This document shows, in pieces, positions 58,501 to 64,000 of a DNA stretch of 64,000 bases. Position 1 is the first letter of the stretch; each line of letters opens with the position of its first letter. The DNA is from Gekko japonicus. Lineage: Eukaryota. The stretch lies in the NCBI RefSeq assembly GCF_001447785.1, contig NW_015160245.1:396032-460031 (forward strand), written 5' to 3'. Both the position numbers and the translations under genes were made by a program. The notes under the pieces were generated by a model that saw only the letters and a program-made list of their open reading frames with translations, made no database searches and was not told where the DNA came from.

Positions 58501-61500
58501 AGCTTTCTCTCCGCTTTCTTCACTCCTATCAAGTTTCAAGCTCTCTGTCCCATTCTCTTTGCCGCCCCCGCCCCCCCTTTTGGTCCCTGGATTCACTTTC
58601 CTCGCGGCCACGGTGATGCTCGTGTCACTTTCTGACCCATCGTCCACCCCATCGAGCTGGGAGATTTTGGGAAGGCTACACTGCTCCTCCTCTCGGAACA
58701 GGTTGTGGGACACCAGGTGCTCTTCCGTGCCGGACACCACGGTCCTGGCAAAATTGTAGTAGTAGAGATCTTCCTCGTCTGACGTGCTGACGTCGTCCGC
58801 ACCGTCCACCTGCCCCTCGGCAGACCTCTTGCCCCGCTTCTTCCCGGTGGAGGTGCTGAAGAAGGGGATGTCTTCCTCGCCATAGGACCTCACGCCGTAC
58901 AAGGGAGTCAGCCCAAAGAACATGTTGGACCTGGCCCGGGCGCTGCGCCTGGGGTACCGCCGCTTGTAGGCGCCCTCTTCCGTTGCTTTAGCCGCCGCCC
59001 CCTCCTGGAGTATCAAGGGGCAGTCTCGGCCAGGAAGGCTCTGGTGGGGCCCCGGGGCGGGAGGGTCACGTGGTCCCTCCTGGGCCACAGGGCCAGCCCC
59101 GGGGGGCAGGGGCGGTGCCACAGAAGCCGGCTGGCTGTCCTGGGAGGCCCCCCCTGCGTCGCTCTCCCTCGGGGCGCTCCTGGGCTGGCTCTCCCCCTCC
59201 ATCCTGAGGGGAGTCAGGGTGACCTTCACCGTGCGCTTCTGGGAGGCTGGCAGGTCCTTTGAGGGCGTCCCTCCTCCTCCTTCACCATGGCAAAGGGCTG
59301 CCCTGGAGATCCTCTCCGTGGCCTTCTCAGCAGCAACAGCCCTGCAGGGCTCAGGGGCCGGAGTGACCCGTTCCGGCCCTGCCCTTTGCTCACCGCCACC
59401 CGGGAGGAGACCCGAACCTGTCGGGAGCTTACTGGAACGCCTCTCCGCCGTCCCTTTCTTCCCTTTCTGTCGCCTCTCTCTGCTCACAGAGGGAACGGGC
59501 TCACTGGCCGGGGGAGGCTTGGTACTCCCGCCGGGGGTCTTGGAGCCCTTCCCTTCCGCCTCCTCGGAAGCACAGGTCAGCTCTGGCTGTGGGAGGTCCA
59601 TCGGCTGGTCCTGTTCCTTCTTTGGGGCTCTCTGATGTAAAGGCAGGGAAGCCGCCGTGTCTTTGGAGGAAAGCAATCCAGGCGGGGGGGTTTCCAGGAG
59701 CATCCCCCCCCCTTGGCTGGTGCTCGGCTCCGTGCCAGCTGTGCCTGCCGCCACCAGAGGGCTGGCCTTGGAGCTCCTGGGGGAAGCGCTGGCGTCTCTG
59801 GGACTCAGAACCTTGGCTTTCTCAGCACTCGTGGGGATGGACCCCCCAGGAGGCGGCACTTCCAAGGACACAGATCCCTCCAGAGGGGGAGGGCCTTTGC
59901 TCCCACTTCTCACCGCCGCTCTCTGGGCACTGGGAGGGGCAGAGCTGCTCTGGAGAGCCACGCGGGAGGCTGCCGGGCCCAGCGACTGTTCTGCCGGCAG
60001 CGGGAGGCTCCAGTCCTGCTCGTGGGGGGCGGGGCCCACGCTGGGCCTGGAGAGAGGGGCCCTGGCCTTGCTGGCAGACAGCACCCAGGACCGGGGCTGC
60101 GGAGGGGAGAGAGGAGACGCACTGTGCCTCCTGGGGCCAATGCTCCGGAGAAGGAGTCCCGACGACAGCAGCGGGTCTCCCACGGTCACGATCTCGTGAG
60201 TCACGGGGGCGGGGCTCCCTGCAGAGAAGAGAAGGGGGGGGAGAAGAGAAGAGAAGAGGCGTTAACAGAGCTGAGGTCAATAACAGGGGCCAAGAGCGCG
60301 TCACTGGGACCCACCCGGGGGAAGGACAATGTGGCATTCTGCCTCCCACAGCCAAACTTTTCTTTCATCATCTGATTCGGCCCTGTTCTTTCCTCAGGCA
60401 AAGTGGTCAGTCTCTAAATGAAGCTGTCCTCTACCGAGTTCAGCCCACGGGGGGTCCGCCAAGGCCCCTACTGCCCCTTCTGACTCCCAACTGACTCTCC
60501 AGCGTCTCAGGCAGAGAAAGCCCCCCACACACACACACGCACACACCTGATCCTTTTTGGAAAAAACACTTTTTATGGATAGCAACAGTAAAACAGTAAC
60601 AGTATACAGGACATGAATAAAACAACTAACTGTGAAGAAAGGACCAACAATAACAACAGCCAGCGGTGTTCTAAACGAGGCACACTGTGATCAAGGAGAG
60701 TTTACGTACTCACATCATATAGAATTTGGCTGCTCAGAGAAATATTTATAATACCCTTTGGTATTGTAACATGGAACTGTGTTTCAAAGGCCTTTTGTGG
60801 ATTTCCTGCTTAGGTTTATCATAAACTGGTAGCCATCCATTTGTGAAATTAGCTGTGTACAATAGATTATCAGTAACAGAAGATGCCAAGACCTTCTGCA
60901 TGCAAACCAGATGCGCGACCACTCAGCCACAAACCAGGTCTGCCTTTCGCATTCAGAATAACTCCCCGCCGCCACCACCACCACACACAGAGATCATAAA
61001 ACGGTGGCTCGAAACTGCAGTGTCCCAAGGCCTGGGCGTGGCTGCCCTTGGGGTTCTTTCAAATTCCAATTTAATCACAGTGAGCCCACAAATGTCTAGG
61101 GTTGGGGAAGGGGCCAGCTGGATTTCAGAGCTGCCTCTGGAATCTGCTACAGAACTCTGGGGTGCCTCCTGCCGCGGCCTCAGAGGAAGTCGGGGCCTCC
61201 GTATCTGGACAGGGCAGACTCCTCAGGTGTCTCTTCCCAGCTCAGCTCCCGCTGATACCAAGACTGGCCAACCGAGGAGGAGGGTTCAGACTCCTGGCGC
61301 AGGTAGGGTAGCAGCTCTACGAGCTAAGCAGGGGAGAGGGAGTGTCTGACCGGGCTGAGGCAGAGAGAACGGAAGAAGGAAAGACCAAACATGACCAACA
61401 GCTTTGCAAGACGCCACATGGAAAAGGTTTATGATTTTGGCAACCAAGAAGGCAATGACTGGAGAGCCAGAGGCCTAACAGCCAAGGACACGGGTGCGAT

Positions 61501-62992
61501 AGCCAGAGGCCTACATGCCAGTGATGCGCAAGGATTCAGGGAGCAAGTACGTCCCCCTGGAGTGTCTGGTCACGAGAAAGCCCCAAAAGCACTCCCGACT
61601 GTACACAACCATGTCCTGCCCCATCAGAGGTAACCCCTGACCTGTTTGCCAGCACAAAGCGTGCTTTACCGGGGAAGGGGGGGGCTTTCTTGGCCCCAAC
61701 TGGGAAATCCACACAGAAAGCCCCAGCACCGGCTGACTGCTGACCAAGCACAAAGTTTCAAAGATCTGAGAGACGCGCCCGAAACTCTGAACAATCTTGT
61801 TAACAAAAAAGAGTGTTTGGAATGGCACATTATTCTGGGATACTGGAAAGATTTTATGGGAAAGGGACATTTTGTTCCCTGGGTGCCAAAGTGAACAGTA
61901 AATGTGGGCAAATTACATGTCCACTCCTCTTTTTCTACCCTACAGGAACTACCCTGGTACTACCCCTGACCTGGGGGAAGGTATAAAGATCTTAGGTGCG
62001 AGCAAGCTACTAGCAACTTGGGAGTCCACCCACTGTGTGGATCCAGCCTTCAAAATGTTTAGATTTTTGGTCCTTATTTGTGTGATCTTTTGTTCTTCCT
62101 CTCATTCAAAAGTTCAGGACAGTGGACCACCACCACTCTCTCCCCGGGTGATTATGGACATTCTTCTCTTACTAAAGACGCTAATTTTCTGCCCCTAAGC
62201 ATTTCTCCACTGTTCAAATCAAGCTGATTACAGTGCACGTGGTACCTCTGCAACCCATGTTCCTTCCCTGCGACACCCCTCCCACTTTCTGACTGGGATA
62301 TAAAGGCTCAAGAGATCGCATTCCAACTCATATCTGATGAAAGGAGTTTTGGCTCTCAAAAGCTGATATCCTGAAAGTCTCTAAGGTGCTGCTGGACTCA
62401 AATGTAGCCCCTCTTTCAAAAAACAAAGCCCACCACATTCCAGAAGTTAAGGGATGGTTGCGGACTGCCACCAATGCATACAAAATCCATAAAACTGCAT
62501 CAAATCTAGCAAAGGCTCACAGCTAAGAACACCCATTCTGAAAGATGGCTGGCTTCAGCCAATGGCTGAGGGGCAACCACCAAGGGCACTCCTCCTCTCC
62601 AGGCCAAGACAATCCTAGCAGACGGCCCTTCACCGGGCGACAGGAAGGACACAGCAGCATGCCTGTTAGGCCCACACCTTACAACAAGCCCCCCCCCCCC
62701 CGGCCACTCAGATGTTGCTGTACTAGCAAAAATGGGCTTCTGGAGGCTCACATCCAAGAGCAGCAGCCTGGGGAAAATACTGGGCCTGAGAAAACAGCAC
62801 AGAGTTTAGAGACCGAAACACGACAGGTCAGACCTGCAGAGGGCAATGGCCTCGAACCGGGGGATCGCTGGACTGGGGCGAAACTTGGCCTTCTGATCCG
62901 CAGAGCCTTGCAGTTCTGCAAATGCGCAGGAAGGTCTGAAGACAGAGGACTCACAGCTGCAGAGACGCCATGGACTTCATTAGCGAGGATTT
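44141..62992 (-). CDS. KMT2A: Histone-lysine N-methyltransferase 2A (MLL1), last 11 coding exons (taspase sites, TAD, FYRC, Win, SET, post-SET); 5' exons lie beyond the window
   Basis: Exons 62992-62834, 60218-56093 (4126 nt; QVDGADD and QLDGVDD taspase-1 sites, [15 protein letters not shown] transactivation domain), 55493-55425, 50113-50046, 49035-48844, 48609-48535, 48119-47945 (GC donor), 47715-47608, 47324-47241, 45038-44909 and 44416-44141 ([11 protein letters not shown]...EELTYDY...[13 protein letters not shown]). Confidence 0.97.
45080..46611. mobile_element. Non-autonomous DNA-transposon-like insertion with palindromic and tandem subrepeats in a KMT2A intron
   Basis: Starts ctaggggtgtgc. 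Contains repeated cccgaattttttcggg palindromes, duplicated catacccaccaagtttca...ggattggaccagggg blocks and degenerate tandem units. The right end is uncertain. Confidence 0.6.
49440..49980 (-). mobile_element. Degenerate L2 LINE fragment
   Basis: [18 protein letters not shown]...QYAGD, an RT remnant resembling L2 [20 protein letters not shown]...QYADD. Confidence 0.65.
50577..53459 (-). CDS. CR1 ORF2 (APE endonuclease plus reverse transcriptase) with one premature stop at 50844-50846
   Basis: YTNARS, SETW, GDFN and SDH endonuclease motifs; [16 protein letters not shown] and FADD RT motifs. CGA TGA CTG AGG interrupts the usual [13 protein letters not shown], and the frame continues to 50577. 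Confidence 0.92.
53561..54470 (-). CDS. CR1 ORF1 (CxxC zinc-finger-like motif, coiled coil, SGNH/GDSL esterase domain); 1-nt frameshift near the ATG
   Basis: CTECHM...CARC, then GDSIL, HVGTND and DGLHL motifs. The ATG at 54470 is out of frame by 1 nt with the 54430-53561 frame. Confidence 0.85.
55502..55556. repeat. (GA)n microsatellite forming the polypyrimidine tract of a KMT2A exon; similar tracts at about 45044-45064 and 47875-47900
   Basis: Directly visible. Confidence 0.85.
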
Positions 62993-63029
62993 CTATTGCA
63001 GAACAAAAATGAGAAATCAGGAATCTAAC

Positions 63030-63910
63030 GTAAGAACACAGCAGCAGCCATGCTGGACTAGACCAGTGGCCCATCTGGTTCAGCGCCTTGTTTCACAAAG
63101 CAGCCAGCCGTAAGGTTTCCAAGTGGAAGGCAGCCGCCAAAGCTTCCTCCTGGTACCTCCCCCTTAGTCAACGTTCCCCCTAAATTAACACTGCAAGCCT
63201 AAGAAAAGTGACTCCAGTCTAAACCCACGGATTTCAGTTGGCTTAGACTGGAGTAACTCTGCTTAGGGTAGCGCTGTAAAAGGTCCAAAGGTTTCTGTTT
63301 TCCTTCACAGGGAAGGCGCTCCAACCCTACAATTACTCTGGTTGCTCGTTTCTGGATCCTTCTGAAACGGAGCAATCAGAACTATACCCTGAATTCTACA
63401 TGGGGCTGCACCAGAGATCTACACTAGGGCATTACAACATTGGCCATTTTGTTTTCAGTTCCTTTCCTACTAACCCCTAGCACTAAATCTGCCTCTTCAC
63501 CATTGCCACAGTAAATTAACATTTTTTTATAGCTCTCCTGCAGCCTTGGCATAATCTGATTTTTCTGCAGACCGAACACAGCTCTGCATGTGGGCTTGGG
63601 AGGCAGTCCTTCTTCCCTCCTCACCCCTACTTCCCCCAAAGGGTTTTGCTTGAAATATTCTGGATTTATTGGGAGGTGGGGGGAACAATGGACAATTCTT
63701 GCAGTGGACAGGCCTAAGTACTGGGGTTTGACAGGTGTCTTGAGTTTGACCCACTGCTAGATAATTGGTTTCTAAAGGATCTGGCATCAGAGTGCAAACA
63801 GTGGTCAAGTTTGCAGGTGACAACAAATTATTCAGGACAGTGAAAACGAAAGAGAGGCGCTCCAAACTGAACAAGTGGGTGACAACACAGGAAATGAGAT
63901 CCATTGTGGG
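63030..63910. mobile_element. Old CR1 remnant in two oppositely oriented pieces (63030-63540 minus; ~63640-63910 plus), interrupted by a hairpin MITE at 63188-63277
   Basis: Minus piece LGVSRKGTENKMANVVMP...QKRATR plus CR1 3' UTR; plus piece VVKFAGDNKLFRTVKT. Confidence 0.7.
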
Positions 63911-64000
63911 AAAGCCTTCGGAGACCGAGATAGATCCCCTGATCCTGTCAACCTTTGCCTTTGGCTTGTTTGTGTGCCCCAGTTCTTAACCTCTTTTTCG

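Noticed and set aside
63188-63277. Pre-miRNA-like hairpin
   Set aside because: Better explained as a short palindromic MITE inserted in a CR1 remnant; no miRNA recognised.

Overview
Vertebrate genomic DNA, most likely a squamate and probably a gecko, judging from the repeat families. It is not prokaryotic, and most ORF-track calls are spurious GC-rich frames. The window carries the conserved gene block known from human 11q23.3, here inverted. From right to left: the 3' part of KMT2A/MLL1 (-), TTC36 (-), TMEM25 (-), IFT46 (+), ARCN1/delta-COP (-) and the first three coding exons of PHLDB1 (-). I traced the exons by hand from splice sites and frame continuity. From about 13.3 kb to 50 kb the DNA is GC-rich and compact. 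Positions 1 to about 13.3 kb are AT-richer and repeat-dense, with no recognisable PHLDB1 exon. Repeats include a near-intact CR1 LINE in a KMT2A intron, other CR1/L1/L2 fragments, a decayed DIRS retrotransposon, a probable Helitron, hAT-type MITEs, Penelope-like remnants, and tRNA- and 5S-derived SINEs. Five N-gaps are present, and several probably hide CpG-rich first exons. The main oddities are an in-frame 36-nt deletion in a highly conserved ARCN1 exon, a chain of strong unexplained minus-strand micro-exons downstream of an RFX X-box, the missing remainder of PHLDB1, and a long poly-Glu IFT46 N-terminus. I see no convincing wholly new multi-gene system. Orthologue comparisons are from recalled sequences; no database search was run.
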